DNA from: Candidatus Lustribacter sp.
GTDB taxonomy: Bacteria; Vulcanimicrobiota; Vulcanimicrobiia; Vulcanimicrobiales; Vulcanimicrobiaceae
Direction of reading: 5' to 3'
Assembly: GCA_965277805.1 (NCBI GenBank)
Contig: OZ255842.1
Location: 4,608,001-4,672,000 of the forward strand
DNA: 64,000 nucleotides
The position numbers were made by a program, and so were the translations under genes. Under the pieces are notes generated by a model. That model worked only from the letters and a program-made list of their open reading frames with translations, ran no database searches and was not told the DNA's origin. Numbering within the stretch: the first letter of the stretch is position 1; each line of letters starts with the position of its first letter. Of the stretch, positions 20,211-29,626 are shown one piece after another.

Positions 20211-23200
20211 CTACGCTTTCTCGGTGAGTTGGCGTTTGTAGGTGGCGAGCTCCACATCGGCGTCGAGATCGTTGAGACGGTCTTTGAGTGACTGCTCGAG
20301 TTCCGCATCCTCCCACATGCCGCGCCGGCGCGTATCGAGTAAGATCTCGCCGAGTTCGCGCGTCTTGTGGACGTTGGCGGCAGCGATCCGTTCCCACTCA
20401 TCGAGCGTTACCTCGACCGTTCGCTTCCAGAGTTCGGGCGAGATGGTGTCGCCTAATGCCGCTTCGGTCGAACGCATCGCCTTGAAGATGTCGCCGAACT
20501 CCATCACGCCCGAATAGCCATGCTCCATCATGCGGTCGCGCCACGGCTTTGAGTGAAAGCGCGTCAGCACGCCGTTGACTACGACCGAACGGAAGTCGCG
20601 CACCTTCGGTTCCCGCCGCGTGAGATCGGTGACCACGATCATCGTGTCGTCTTGCCCGATCGATCGTTTCGCCGCACCGAAGGCGGACGTAAACGAGGCG
20701 AACATGTCTTCTTTGACGGGACCGCCGGCGCCCATGGCGACGAGCGGCTGCTGGATCACCTCGACCCGTTCGACCAGAAAGCGCTGAACCGCCGGTGCTT
20801 GCTCGAGGTTGATCTGGTTGTAGCTCGGTATCATGGCAAAGGAATTGTCGCTGATCCACGCCGCACCGATATCGTTGTAATCGGTGAACGTGCCTTGATC
20901 GAGCATGGCGCCCACTTGGCCCATGAACGCATCGTCGCCCATCCCGAAGCAGCGCGCGACGGCGAGGCGCCGGTCGACGCCGCCGGCGGTGAGCTCGTCG
21001 ACGTGCTTCTTGACGAAGTTCATGTCGTGCGGTTCGTCGGCATCGGCAGCCAGGATGGCGGCGTCGTGGATCAGGCGGATGGCGCCCGGAAACGTGTTCT
21101 TGAAGACCGTCGACGTGTTCGCGAGGATGTCGACGCGCGGGCGTCCCAGTTCGGATAGCGGAATCAACTCGGCGCGCTCGGCGCGGCCGAACTGATCTTT
21201 CGCGACGCGCGCACCGATCAGGTCGAGCGCTTGCGCGATCCCGACGCCGTCGCTCTCGAGCATCTCGCTGCCCCAGAGCACCACGCCGACGCAGGCCGGC
21301 AGCGTGCCGCGTTTCGCGGCGGCGGCTGCGAGCAGTTGTTCGACCGTGCGTTTGCCCTTGCGCTGCGCGGAATCCCGCGGCAGCATCCGCACGTCGGTGG
21401 ATGCCATGTTGCGGCCCGTCGGCACGACGCTCCAGTCGCCGACGATCTCGCCGCCGAGCGACGGTTCGAGATAGCGGCCCGCGAGCGTCGTGAGCAAGCC
21501 CTCGCGTTCGGCGTCGCCGATGCGGCCGAGGCCTTCCCAGAGGTTGCGAGCGCGCGACAAGAACGTTTCAAGTTCGGCCAGGTCGAACGGGCTCTTGGTC
21601 AGCGTGTGGCCGCCGATCGATTGCGAGCGCAAGATGCCCACGACCGCGTCGCGCCCGGCTTTGCCGCCGGGGCGCAGTACTTCGCTCTCGATCAGCGCGC
21701 GCGATGCTTCGCGGAGTTCGTCGAGCGTTTCGTGGTTGAACGAGCCATCGCCGTTGCGGGCATCGGCCGTGCGCGCGAGCGCGTCGTAGTCGAGTCCATA
21801 GCAACCGGCCACGAGCCGATGGATGTCGACGTCGGCGAACTCGAGGCACGCGTGGAATGTGTCGAGGCGGTCCTCCGGCGAGAGATTACGCCCGAACACG
21901 TGCTGTCCGGCCGGCGCATACTCTCCTTCGAGGGAGACGATCTCGTCGTGCACGGCACCGATGAAATCACGTTCGGCGGCGGCAGCGGGGACGTCGATCT
22001 TGAACCCGATGCGGGCCACGACCTCAGCGACTTCGGCCGCCAGGTCGGCGCGTTTTTCTGCGTCGTCGCTGATGTTGTTGTAGTAGTCGTGCACGAGGCG
22101 GTGCAGGTTGCGCAGATCCACGCTGCCTTCGACGCTCTTCAACGGCGGGCAGAGGTGCGATAGGATCGTCGCGTATGAGCGGCGCCGCGCGATCGAGGCT
22201 TCGACCGGGTCGAGGACGTTGAAGACGTACGTGTGCGGAACGTTGTCGACGAGAAATTCCGGATAGTCCCCGGCGGCGGGCGACCATTCCTTACCACGCG
22301 ACCATTCCACCAATCCGTGGGTTCCCACGTGCACGATGGCGTCGGCATTGAAGCGGCGCGTCGCATAGCGATAGGAAGCCAAAAGCCACGGTGACGGCGG
22401 CGCCTTCTTATCGTGGATAATGGTGAGGTCTTCCATGCCGCGCATATCTTGCAAGAGCACGAGCACGTTGCCGTAGCGCAAGCCTTTGACCGGCAGCGTT
22501 TGGGGCGGCTGGCCCCAGGCTTCGTAGAACAGCGCTTCGTGCGCGGGCGGCAGGCCGCCGACCCAGTCGCGGATTTCGCCCGCGCTGACGACGCCGACGT
22601 GGTGCTCGCCCGCATACATCCCCTGCAGCTTGCGGCTCGTCTCGGCGTCGTCGGCATCGGGTTCACCGACCGTATACCCGTCAGCGCCGAGGGCCTCGAG
22701 CATCGAACGTACGGAGCCGGCCACGTCGAGGAAATATGCCGCGCCGACGTTACCGGGGCCGGGCGGAAAGTTATAGACAAACAGCGCGAGTTTTTTCTGC
22801 GCGTTCGCGAGATGGCTCAACCGCAGCCAGCGCGTCGTCAGGTCGGAAACGAGTTCGACGCGGTCGGGAATCGGCTCGAGCGCGCTGATCTCTTCGCCGC
22901 GTTCGCGCGAACAGATCGGCGGCAGCGGTTGAATGCCTTCGGTCTCGGGGGTCACGACGTTGCCGATATACTCGAGCATGGCCACGCCGTATTTCGAGTC
23001 GGCCAGATCGGCTCGCGAGAGCGCCGCGTTCACGGGTGACGTATACACCCGCGGGTTGCCGAGGTCGTGGATAAAATCGATCGTCGCTTCCGGTGCGCCG
23101 GCGAACATCGAACCGGCCAGATACAACGGCACGTTGTGGTAGACGGCCTTGACCAGCGGCTTCTTCGTTTTCGGCTCGAGCAAATGTCCGCGTGAGACGA

Positions 23201-24101
23201 TGTGCGCGTTGAACACCGCGGTCATCGAACAGATCACCCCCACGCCGCGCTTTTCCCAGCCGGCGATGGCGGCGTCCAAGACCGGATGGTTCCATTCCGG
23301 CAAAAAGAGGTCGTGCGTGATGAAGCCGATGCGATCCCACATCGGCCGGCCGTACGTCGCCTCGAACCACGGGTCGTACCACTTCAAGTAGTCGGCCGGA
23401 CCGTCGAAGAGGCCCTCGTGTGCGTAGTGATAGATGCCTTCGTTCGCGACTTTTTCCGGCATCGGCGCTTCACCCGCGTAGCCGCAGTCCATGAAGTGCT
23501 TCATCAGGTAGAGGAACATGTTCCCGACGTTATCGACGCTGCGGTTGTACCAGTAGCCGGTGAGCACGAGCGTTTTGAAGATCGGGCTCTTGGTGAACTT
23601 CGTCATGAGCGGCGCCGACTTGACCATCTTCTGCATCGTCAGGAAGCCCTGACGCGCTTCCCAGAACTTGTCGGTCTTCTCGTTCCGGCGATCTGCGAAA
23701 AACTTTTGGATCTTCATCGTGATCTTACGGCCCGGACTCGGCGTCATGTGGTCGTACTCGAAGCCGAGCGTTTTGAACATCAACTCGCCGAGCCGTTTGT
23801 CGGGAATGTCGTACCAGAGAAACTTCAGCCGTCCGAGTTGGCCCTTAGCGTCCATATCGGTCAGCAGCGTCTTGAGCCGCTCGACCGTGTCGATCGACAT
23901 CGACTGCCAGCCGATCAGGATGTCGGCTTCGCGAATCGCTTGCCGGAAGCGCGCGAGCGTGCCGGGATCGTTGAAGTCGGAGGCGCCATAGTGGTCGAGC
24001 GTCCACTCTTGTCCTGTCTTCTCGCGCAGGGCGGGAAAAGCAAGACGAATCGCGTTAGCGCGTTCGTCGGGAGCCCATGAGGAATACCCAACGACTTTCA
24101 T
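20211..24101 (-). CDS. bchH: Magnesium chelatase large subunit (BchH/CobN family, divergent)
   Basis: HVGTHGLVEW, ARRRSYATILSHLCPPL, PTGRNM, LIPLSELGRPRVD, MMEHGYSG; neighbours bchM/acsF. Confidence 0.85.
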   Translation of the reverse strand: MKVVGYSSWAPDERANAIRLAFPALREKTGQEWTLDHYGASDFNDPGTLARFRQAIREADILIGWQSMSIDTVERLKTLLTDMDAKGQLGRLKFLWYDIPDKRLGELMFKTLGFEYDHMTPSPGRKITMKIQKFFADRRNEKTDKFWEARQGFLTMQKMVKSAPLMTKFTKSPIFKTLVLTGYWYNRSVDNVGNMFLYLMKHFMDCGYAGEAPMPEKVANEGIYHYAHEGLFDGPADYLKWYDPWFEATYGRPMWDRIGFITHDLFLPEWNHPVLDAAIAGWEKRGVGVICSMTAVFNAHIVSRGHLLEPKTKKPLVKAVYHNVPLYLAGSMFAGAPEATIDFIHDLGNPRVYTSPVNAALSRADLADSKYGVAMLEYIGNVVTPETEGIQPLPPICSRERGEEISALEPIPDRVELVSDLTTRWLRLSHLANAQKKLALFVYNFPPGPGNVGAAYFLDVAGSVRSMLEALGADGYTVGEPDADDAETSRKLQGMYAGEHHVGVVSAGEIRDWVGGLPPAHEALFYEAWGQPPQTLPVKGLRYGNVLVLLQDMRGMEDLTIIHDKKAPPSPWLLASYRYATRRFNADAIVHVGTHGLVEWSRGKEWSPAAGDYPEFLVDNVPHTYVFNVLDPVEASIARRRSYATILSHLCPPLKSVEGSVDLRNLHRLVHDYYNNISDDAEKRADLAAEVAEVVARIGFKIDVPAAAAERDFIGAVHDEIVSLEGEYAPAGQHVFGRNLSPEDRLDTFHACLEFADVDIHRLVAGCYGLDYDALARTADARNGDGSFNHETLDELREASRALIESEVLRPGGKAGRDAVVGILRSQSIGGHTLTKSPFDLAELETFLSRARNLWEGLGRIGDAEREGLLTTLAGRYLEPSLGGEIVGDWSVVPTGRNMASTDVRMLPRDSAQRKGKRTVEQLLAAAAAKRGTLPACVGVVLWGSEMLESDGVGIAQALDLIGARVAKDQFGRAERAELIPLSELGRPRVDILANTSTVFKNTFPGAIRLIHDAAILAADADEPHDMNFVKKHVDELTAGGVDRRLAVARCFGMGDDAFMGQVGAMLDQGTFTDYNDIGAAWISDNSFAMIPSYNQINLEQAPAVQRFLVERVEVIQQPLVAMGAGGPVKEDMFASFTSAFGAAKRSIGQDDTMIVVTDLTRREPKVRDFRSVVVNGVLTRFHSKPWRDRMMEHGYSGVMEFGDIFKAMRSTEAALGDTISPELWKRTVEVTLDEWERIAAANVHKTRELGEILLDTRRRGMWEDAELEQSLKDRLNDLDADVELATYKRQLTEKA

Positions 24102-24134
24102 ATGCCGACGCTACGCCGTCCGGCTCTAGCCGAC

Positions 24135-24150
24135 GGTGACGATAATCACG
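24135..24150. promoter_or_regulatory. CRP-type box GGTGAC-GATA-ATCACG; -10 TAGCGT (minus, 24108-24113); probable leaderless bchH promoter
   Basis: Centre 24142.5 is 41.5 bp from the bchH ATG (24101); -10 at -12..-7. Confidence 0.8.
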
Positions 24151-24168
24151 CGCGAGGAATGCCCTTTG

Positions 24169-26049
24169 TCAGCCGATCCGCGCGACGATATCGCTCAGAG
24201 CGAAGTAACGCCCGCGCGCGAGCTGCGCGAGCTCGCGCATCAATCCCGAGCTCTCCAAATCGTCCAGATTGATGAACGTCGTGCTCGCCCGTCCGGCCAG
24301 TCGCGCCGCCAGCGTGCGGCACTGTTCGGCGGCCGTCGCGGCGAGCGCGCGGACATCGCCGCCGCCCTCCAGCACCCGCGTCAGTTCGGCCTCGCCGCCA
24401 AGCGGGACGTTCGCGCGGCCGTCGCTGAACACGGCGATATCCACCTCGGCGCTTGGGTTCGCGCGGCGGAATCGTTCGGCGATGCGGCGCGCCCGCTCCA
24501 GCGCGTCGGGCAGCGGTGTGAGGGCGCGCGTTTCGCCCGGATCGAGTTCGGTAAGCCGCGCGGCCACGAGTTCCACGTTGCGGCCGGCGTGCTCGTCGAC
24601 GACCACATCGGCCGCCGGTCCCCAGCATGAAATGAGCGCGGCGCGTTCGCGCTCCGTGTAGATCGGCCGCAGCAGTTCGCGCGTTGCGGCCGCGACCGCA
24701 GCCGCGCTTTTCATCGTCGACTGCGAGGCGTCGACGATGAAGAGCGTCAAACGCAGTGGGAACGCAGCGTCGATGCTTTCCTTCGGTACGGCGGGCACGC
24801 CGGAACGGATCGCGATGCCGGCATCGAGGATCGTCGCCGTCGCGTCGAGCCGGCCGCCGGCGAACGGCCGCACCGCGATCGGCTGACCCTCGCGCTGCTG
24901 CTGAGCCTTGGCGCGGCCGGGCGCGCGTTCGGTGAGTTGCGGCGAGACGATCATTTCATCGCGCGGCCGCGCGCTTTGCGCGCCGGCGGCCGGTTCGGGT
25001 TCTTCTTGGGCGGCCGCATCGAGCGCGGCTTCGATCGTCGTGTTTTCGGCGTGATATTCGGTCAGCGCTTGGACGCGCAGCCGGCTGCCGCGGAGACGCG
25101 CGGCCATCGGGAGCACGCGGCGCACGTCGGCTGCGCTCGCGCTGCGCCGGCCTTCGAATGCGGCCAACGCGCATGCGGCTTCGAGCGCGACGAACTCCGT
25201 GCGATGGGATTCGATGCCGAGTTTCGTGACGGCATCGATCGCCAAGTCGATCGCCGGCCCCTCCGGCGTGACCGCCGGCAAGAGCGCGATCGCCCGGGCG
25301 ACGCGGCTGCGGAGCGCGCGCGTACGGCCGAGGTATTCGGCCGCGAAGGCTTTGGGATCGCGTGCGAAGGCGGCGTTACGCCGGTAGATCTCGGCGCGTT
25401 CCTCATGACCGGGTGCGGGCGCGATAAAGACGCGCAGGCCGATGCGGTCGGTGATTTGCGGGCGCAACTCGCCCTCTTCCGGATTCATCGTTCCGATCAG
25501 CGTGAAGCGCGACGGATACTCGATGACTTGCTGGCCGCGCTTGACGCGCACGATGCCTTGTGCGGCCGCGTCCAGCAGCACGTCGACGATCGCGTCACCG
25601 AGGAGATTGATCTCATCGATGTAGAGGATGGTGCGATTCGCGGAGGCGAGCAGGCCCGGGCGGAAGGCGATCTTCCCCGCTTCGAGTGCCGCGCGCAGGT
25701 CGACGGTGCCGACGACGTCGTCGATCTGCGCACTGGCCGGCAGCTCGACGATACCGGCCCGAACGCGCCGGGCCGAGTTGCGCGCATGAACGCCGGTCGC
25801 ACACTCTTCGCACAACGCCGAGCCGGTGGGGTCGCAACCGTAGGCGCAGCGGGCGCGCAGAACGACCGGCAGCAATTCGCCTGCACCGCGCACGATCGAG
25901 GTCTTGCCGATCCCTTTGGGGCCGGAGAGCAGCACGCCGCCGATGCGCGGATTGATCGCGGCCAAGAGTACCGCAAGCTTCGGCTCGTCCTGCCCGACGA
26001 TTGCCGCGAACGGGTAAGCAATGGAAACGGCACGCTGCGAAAGCGGCAT
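24169..26049 (-). CDS. bchD: Magnesium chelatase ATPase subunit, BchI-like AAA + vWA (BchD-like)
   Basis: YPFAAIVGQDE, GPKGIGKT, LYIDEINLL, GTMNPEEGELRPQ; C-term FIVDASQST, FSDGRANV; start ATG 26049. Confidence 0.85.
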   Translation of the reverse strand: MPLSQRAVSIAYPFAAIVGQDEPKLAVLLAAINPRIGGVLLSGPKGIGKTSIVRGAGELLPVVLRARCAYGCDPTGSALCEECATGVHARNSARRVRAGIVELPASAQIDDVVGTVDLRAALEAGKIAFRPGLLASANRTILYIDEINLLGDAIVDVLLDAAAQGIVRVKRGQQVIEYPSRFTLIGTMNPEEGELRPQITDRIGLRVFIAPAPGHEERAEIYRRNAAFARDPKAFAAEYLGRTRALRSRVARAIALLPAVTPEGPAIDLAIDAVTKLGIESHRTEFVALEAACALAAFEGRRSASAADVRRVLPMAARLRGSRLRVQALTEYHAENTTIEAALDAAAQEEPEPAAGAQSARPRDEMIVSPQLTERAPGRAKAQQQREGQPIAVRPFAGGRLDATATILDAGIAIRSGVPAVPKESIDAAFPLRLTLFIVDASQSTMKSAAAVAAATRELLRPIYTERERAALISCWGPAADVVVDEHAGRNVELVAARLTELDPGETRALTPLPDALERARRIAERFRRANPSAEVDIAVFSDGRANVPLGGEAELTRVLEGGGDVRALAATAAEQCRTLAARLAGRASTTFINLDDLESSGLMRELAQLARGRYFALSDIVARIG

Positions 26050-26059
26050 CACGACCGCT

Positions 26060-27178
26060 TCAGGCGACGCCTGCTTGCGGCCTGGTCGCTTGCGGGCGTT
26101 TGTGCAAGCGAACCGGCGGCACGAGCGTCGATTCAATTGTCGGATGCGCGGCCGGCATCGGGCACGCTTCGGTCCACTGCGCACGTTCCGGGGGCGCGAC
26201 GTCGTCATGCGGCTGGAACATAAGCTTTGCGAACTCGAATAGATTCGCGCCGTAGCGCAAAAAGCGCAGGGGCACCGCGACCGCGTTCCGCAATCCGCCG
26301 GCCGCCCGGCCCCGCTTATTGGCGGCATTGTTGCGTGCCATGCCGCGCAGGCAGGCGAGAAAGTACGCCGAGTCCGTGCGGATGCCGAGGCCCCAGACTT
26401 CGCGCGCCGCCCGTTCGGTTTCGTCGATCACCTTGCGATCGAACTTTTCCCAATCGATCCCGAGCCGCGCGTAGACGCTCGATTCGGAGTCGCGCAGGTA
26501 CATCGTCACGTAAACTGCCAGCGTGAAGAACTTGATCGCGAGTCGATTGCGTGTGCCGCGCATGTAGTGCGGCTGACTGCGCAGCATCAGCGAGAAGAAG
26601 CGGCTGTGGCGCCGTTCGTCGCGGCACCAGTTGTCGAAATACCGGAATATCGGATGAAACTGGTATTCCGGATGACGCTTGAGGTGATCGGCGATGTTCT
26701 GGTAGCGGTAAAAGCCGACGATCTCCGAGAGGTACGTCGTCACGAAGATCCACTTGGGATGCATGTACTGCAAGCCCTTGACCTTCGGCAGCTTGGCGAG
26801 ATCGAAGCGGCGGCCCATCTGGCGCATCACATAGTTGAGGAATGATGAGTGGCGCGCTTCGTCCCGCGACATGCAGCGATAAATCGTTTTCAGCGTCGCG
26901 TCATCGAGATGCTTGTGGACTTCGCTGTAGAGCAGGCAGCCGGAGAACTCGCCGATCGCGGAGCGGTTGAGAAATTCATAGAACTCGCTCCATAACGGGT
27001 CGTAATCGAGATCGAGCGCGTCGTCTTCCCAGCGGAAATGCGCGCGATTGTGGTCTGCTTCGAAATCGGCGCGGAGCGCTTCGAATTCCTCGCGCAGCCA
27101 GTCGATCGAGAGCGAGTTGAGGATGCCGATATCGGTGCGGTAGAGCCGCGGCGCGAGCAGTTGCGGAGCTTGGGACAC
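26060..27178 (-). CDS. acsF: Aerobic Mg-protoporphyrin IX monomethyl ester cyclase
   Basis: LLAPRLYRTD, EFSGCLLYSE, MSRDEARH, YLSEIVGFYRY, WCRDERRH di-iron motifs. Confidence 0.95.
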   Translation of the reverse strand: MSQAPQLLAPRLYRTDIGILNSLSIDWLREEFEALRADFEADHNRAHFRWEDDALDLDYDPLWSEFYEFLNRSAIGEFSGCLLYSEVHKHLDDATLKTIYRCMSRDEARHSSFLNYVMRQMGRRFDLAKLPKVKGLQYMHPKWIFVTTYLSEIVGFYRYQNIADHLKRHPEYQFHPIFRYFDNWCRDERRHSRFFSLMLRSQPHYMRGTRNRLAIKFFTLAVYVTMYLRDSESSVYARLGIDWEKFDRKVIDETERAAREVWGLGIRTDSAYFLACLRGMARNNAANKRGRAAGGLRNAVAVPLRFLRYGANLFEFAKLMFQPHDDVAPPERAQWTEACPMPAAHPTIESTLVPPVRLHKRPQATRPQAGVA

Positions 27179-27927
27179 TACCGGCGTACGGCCTCAAACA
27201 GATAGGAGTCGTAGAAGAACTTCTTCACGCGATGCGTTCGCATCATCGTTAGCCCGGCGCGGTACAACACTTGTTCGACCTGGTCGTAGGTCATCAGGTG
27301 CAGGTTGGTCATGCGGTTTTTCTGGTGGAAATAGCGCTTGCCGATTTCCATCCAAAACGAATTGAACGGCGTCGCGAGCGCGAACGAGCCGATGATCTTG
27401 TAAGCGCTGAGGTTCGCAAGCTTGGTCAGCATCTCGGCGCACTCGGCGTAGGGGTAGTGGAAGAGGACGTCGAGACAGCACACCAGATCGTAGGACTGCG
27501 AGGGCGCGTCGAGAGCGGCGATGTCGCCGACGAAAAACTGCGGCGGAATGCCGCGTCCGCGGTCCTTCGTGTTGTACTCGGCGAACGAAACCATGGGCGC
27601 CGAAACGTCGAACCCGTGCACGCGGTAGCCGCAATCGGAGAGACGCATCGAGAGCACGCCGGTTCCGCAGCCGGCATCGAGTGCAGTGCGGCTGCCGTCG
27701 TCCTGGATCCAGTCGATGACGCAGTCGGTCGCGAGGTCGTGGCCGTCGCGGATCACCCGCCAGATGGGCGGGATGCCGCCCTGACCGTAGATCGCCGTCC
27801 AGCGCGAAAAACCCGAGGTCTCGAAGTAGCGGCAGACGTTCTTGCTCGTCTCCGACGGATCGTGCCGGCTGAAGAGTTTGCCGGGCGCGAGTTCGGCCGG
27901 TAACGCGCCGATGTCAACCTGCTGCAT
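27178..27927 (-). CDS. bchM: Mg-protoporphyrin IX methyltransferase
   Basis: YFETSGFSRWTAIYG, IRDGH, LDAGCGTG, CLDVLFHYP. Confidence 0.93.
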   Translation of the reverse strand: MQQVDIGALPAELAPGKLFSRHDPSETSKNVCRYFETSGFSRWTAIYGQGGIPPIWRVIRDGHDLATDCVIDWIQDDGSRTALDAGCGTGVLSMRLSDCGYRVHGFDVSAPMVSFAEYNTKDRGRGIPPQFFVGDIAALDAPSQSYDLVCCLDVLFHYPYAECAEMLTKLANLSAYKIIGSFALATPFNSFWMEIGKRYFHQKNRMTNLHLMTYDQVEQVLYRAGLTMMRTHRVKKFFYDSYLFEAVRR

Positions 27928-27989
27928 GGGGTTTTGACCTCACGGATGATGAAGTGCGATCAGCGTAACGCGCGAGCTGAGCGGACCTC

Positions 27990-28005
27990 GGTGATAGCCG
28001 TCACC
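27990..28005. promoter_or_regulatory. CRP-type box GGTGAT-AGCC-GTCACC; -10 TACGCT (minus, 27962-27967) for bchM-acsF-bchD
   Basis: 16-mer identical to the 51201 box; centred ~42.5 bp upstream of predicted TSS. Confidence 0.8.
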
Positions 28006-28038
28006 GTCAGCGGCGCCGCAGGTGTGGCTTGCTGGTAC

Positions 28039-28536
28039 ATGGGCCAATCCGGCTGGACCAATTCGGTGAGCATGCTGGTTGCCGCCGAGCGCGCCGTGTT
28101 CTCGTTCGTCGGCGTGCTGTTCTTCATCGCGGCGTTCGCGCTTGCGGTTCGCGCAACCGGCGATCTTTGGACGCTGATCGCCGGCCCTCACGCAACGATC
28201 ATGGTTGCCGGCACCGCCTTTCTCGATGTGATGCTGCTCGTGCTCATGATGGTCGAGCTGGCATATACGGTGACGGTTTCGTTGCGCGGCACGGTGCTGG
28301 CAGCCGAACCGTTTCTGATCGTGGGCTTGATTGCCGTCATCCGGCGCATGCTCGTCATCACGATCGGCGACGTGAGCCCGGGCACGACGGCGGCCGCCGG
28401 ATCGGGATACCTCGGCTCGCAGCCCGGCGAACTTGGGGTTCTCACCGGGGTCGTGCTGGTGCTCGTCGTGTCGATCGTGCTGTTGCGCTTGCGGCCCCGC
28501 TTGCGCGACGAGCACGACCCGGCCGGTCCCGACTAG
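28039..28536 (+). CDS. Phosphate-starvation-inducible PsiE-like membrane protein
   Basis: LLVLMMVELAYTV, EPFLIVGLIAVIRRML; start uncertain. Confidence 0.7.
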   Translation: MGQSGWTNSVSMLVAAERAVFSFVGVLFFIAAFALAVRATGDLWTLIAGPHATIMVAGTAFLDVMLLVLMMVELAYTVTVSLRGTVLAAEPFLIVGLIAVIRRMLVITIGDVSPGTTAAAGSGYLGSQPGELGVLTGVVLVLVVSIVLLRLRPRLRDEHDPAGPD

Positions 28537-29609
28537 CGCATTGCCCGTACCGCGCCGGCAGCGCTCGGCGTGAAGAGCGCTCCCAGTGCGGCGTCGCGGT
28601 CGAGACGGTGCCGGGCCGCGGTGCGTTCGGCTTCAGCGATTCGGGCACAGCGCGCCGCCTCGGTAGCGCTTCGTGCGCCGAGCGCGTCAAGGGCGGCGAC
28701 GATCGCCGCGACGTCGTTTGCATCGAGTGCCTGCGTCCGCGCATAGCGTAGTGCGATCGCCTCCCGCGCGGCCGATGGCGGCCCCGCGAGCGCCCAAACG
28801 ATCGGAAACGACCACTTGCGACGGCCGATATCGCTCCCGCGCGGCTTGCCGGTCTCTTCGCGCGTGCCCCACGTGCCGAGCAGGTCGTCGTGAATCTGAA
28901 AAGCGCGGCCGTACGCACGGCCCAGTTCGCCATATGCCTGCGCGCGTGCGGCGTCGGCACCGGCCGAGAGCGCGCCGAGCTCGCACGCCGCGCCGAAGAG
29001 CACGGCCGTTTTCCCGTCGATCATCGCGAGGTAGGCATCCATGCTAACGGCTTCCGCCGACTCGAATCCGATATCGTACGCTTGTCCGGCGCACATGGCG
29101 AGGTTGGCACAATGCAAGACGCGCGTCATCGTGGCGACGCGTTCGACCGGCGCCGCGCAGCTATTGCGCAGCAGCGTAAGATACGAGACCGCGCACATCG
29201 AGTCGCCGGCGTTGATGCCGTTGGCCGCCCCAAAACGCGACCACACCGTCTGCCGCCCGTGACGCAAGTCGTCGCCGTCTTCGATGTCGTCATGCACGAG
29301 CGAATAGTTGTGCAGCAGCTCGACCGCGAGGGCGGCGTCGAGCGCGTCCTCGTAGGTGCCGCCTTCGGCGCGGGCGATCAGGAAAAGCAATTGCGGGCGC
29401 AAACGCTTGCCGTGCCGCGCACCCCGCGCACTGCCGATGCCGAAATGCCAGCAGACTTGTTCGACGATCGGCGAGTTGCCGGCCGGCGCCAACGCGCGCA
29501 ACACAACGTCTTCGAGCGCGCGTTCGAAGCGTTCGCGCAGCCACGCATCACTTGCCGTGGGAGCGGCAATCGTGAAATCGTTCGGCGGAAGTAAACGCGC
29601 AGCGTTCAT
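28533..29609 (-). CDS. crtE: Polyprenyl (probable GGPP) synthase
   Basis: GKRLRP, LVHDDIEDGDDLRHG, DGKTA, FQIHDD; photosynthesis cluster context. Confidence 0.8.
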   Translation of the reverse strand: MNAARLLPPNDFTIAAPTASDAWLRERFERALEDVVLRALAPAGNSPIVEQVCWHFGIGSARGARHGKRLRPQLLFLIARAEGGTYEDALDAALAVELLHNYSLVHDDIEDGDDLRHGRQTVWSRFGAANGINAGDSMCAVSYLTLLRNSCAAPVERVATMTRVLHCANLAMCAGQAYDIGFESAEAVSMDAYLAMIDGKTAVLFGAACELGALSAGADAARAQAYGELGRAYGRAFQIHDDLLGTWGTREETGKPRGSDIGRRKWSFPIVWALAGPPSAAREAIALRYARTQALDANDVAAIVAALDALGARSATEAARCARIAEAERTAARHRLDRDAALGALFTPSAAGAVRAMR

Positions 29610-29626
29610 GGAGCGTACGACCGACT

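Noticed and set aside
20211-24101. Cobaltochelatase CobN interpretation
   Set aside because: No cobalamin genes nearby; linked to bchM/acsF and preceded by the pigment-regulon box; not formally excluded without a phylogeny
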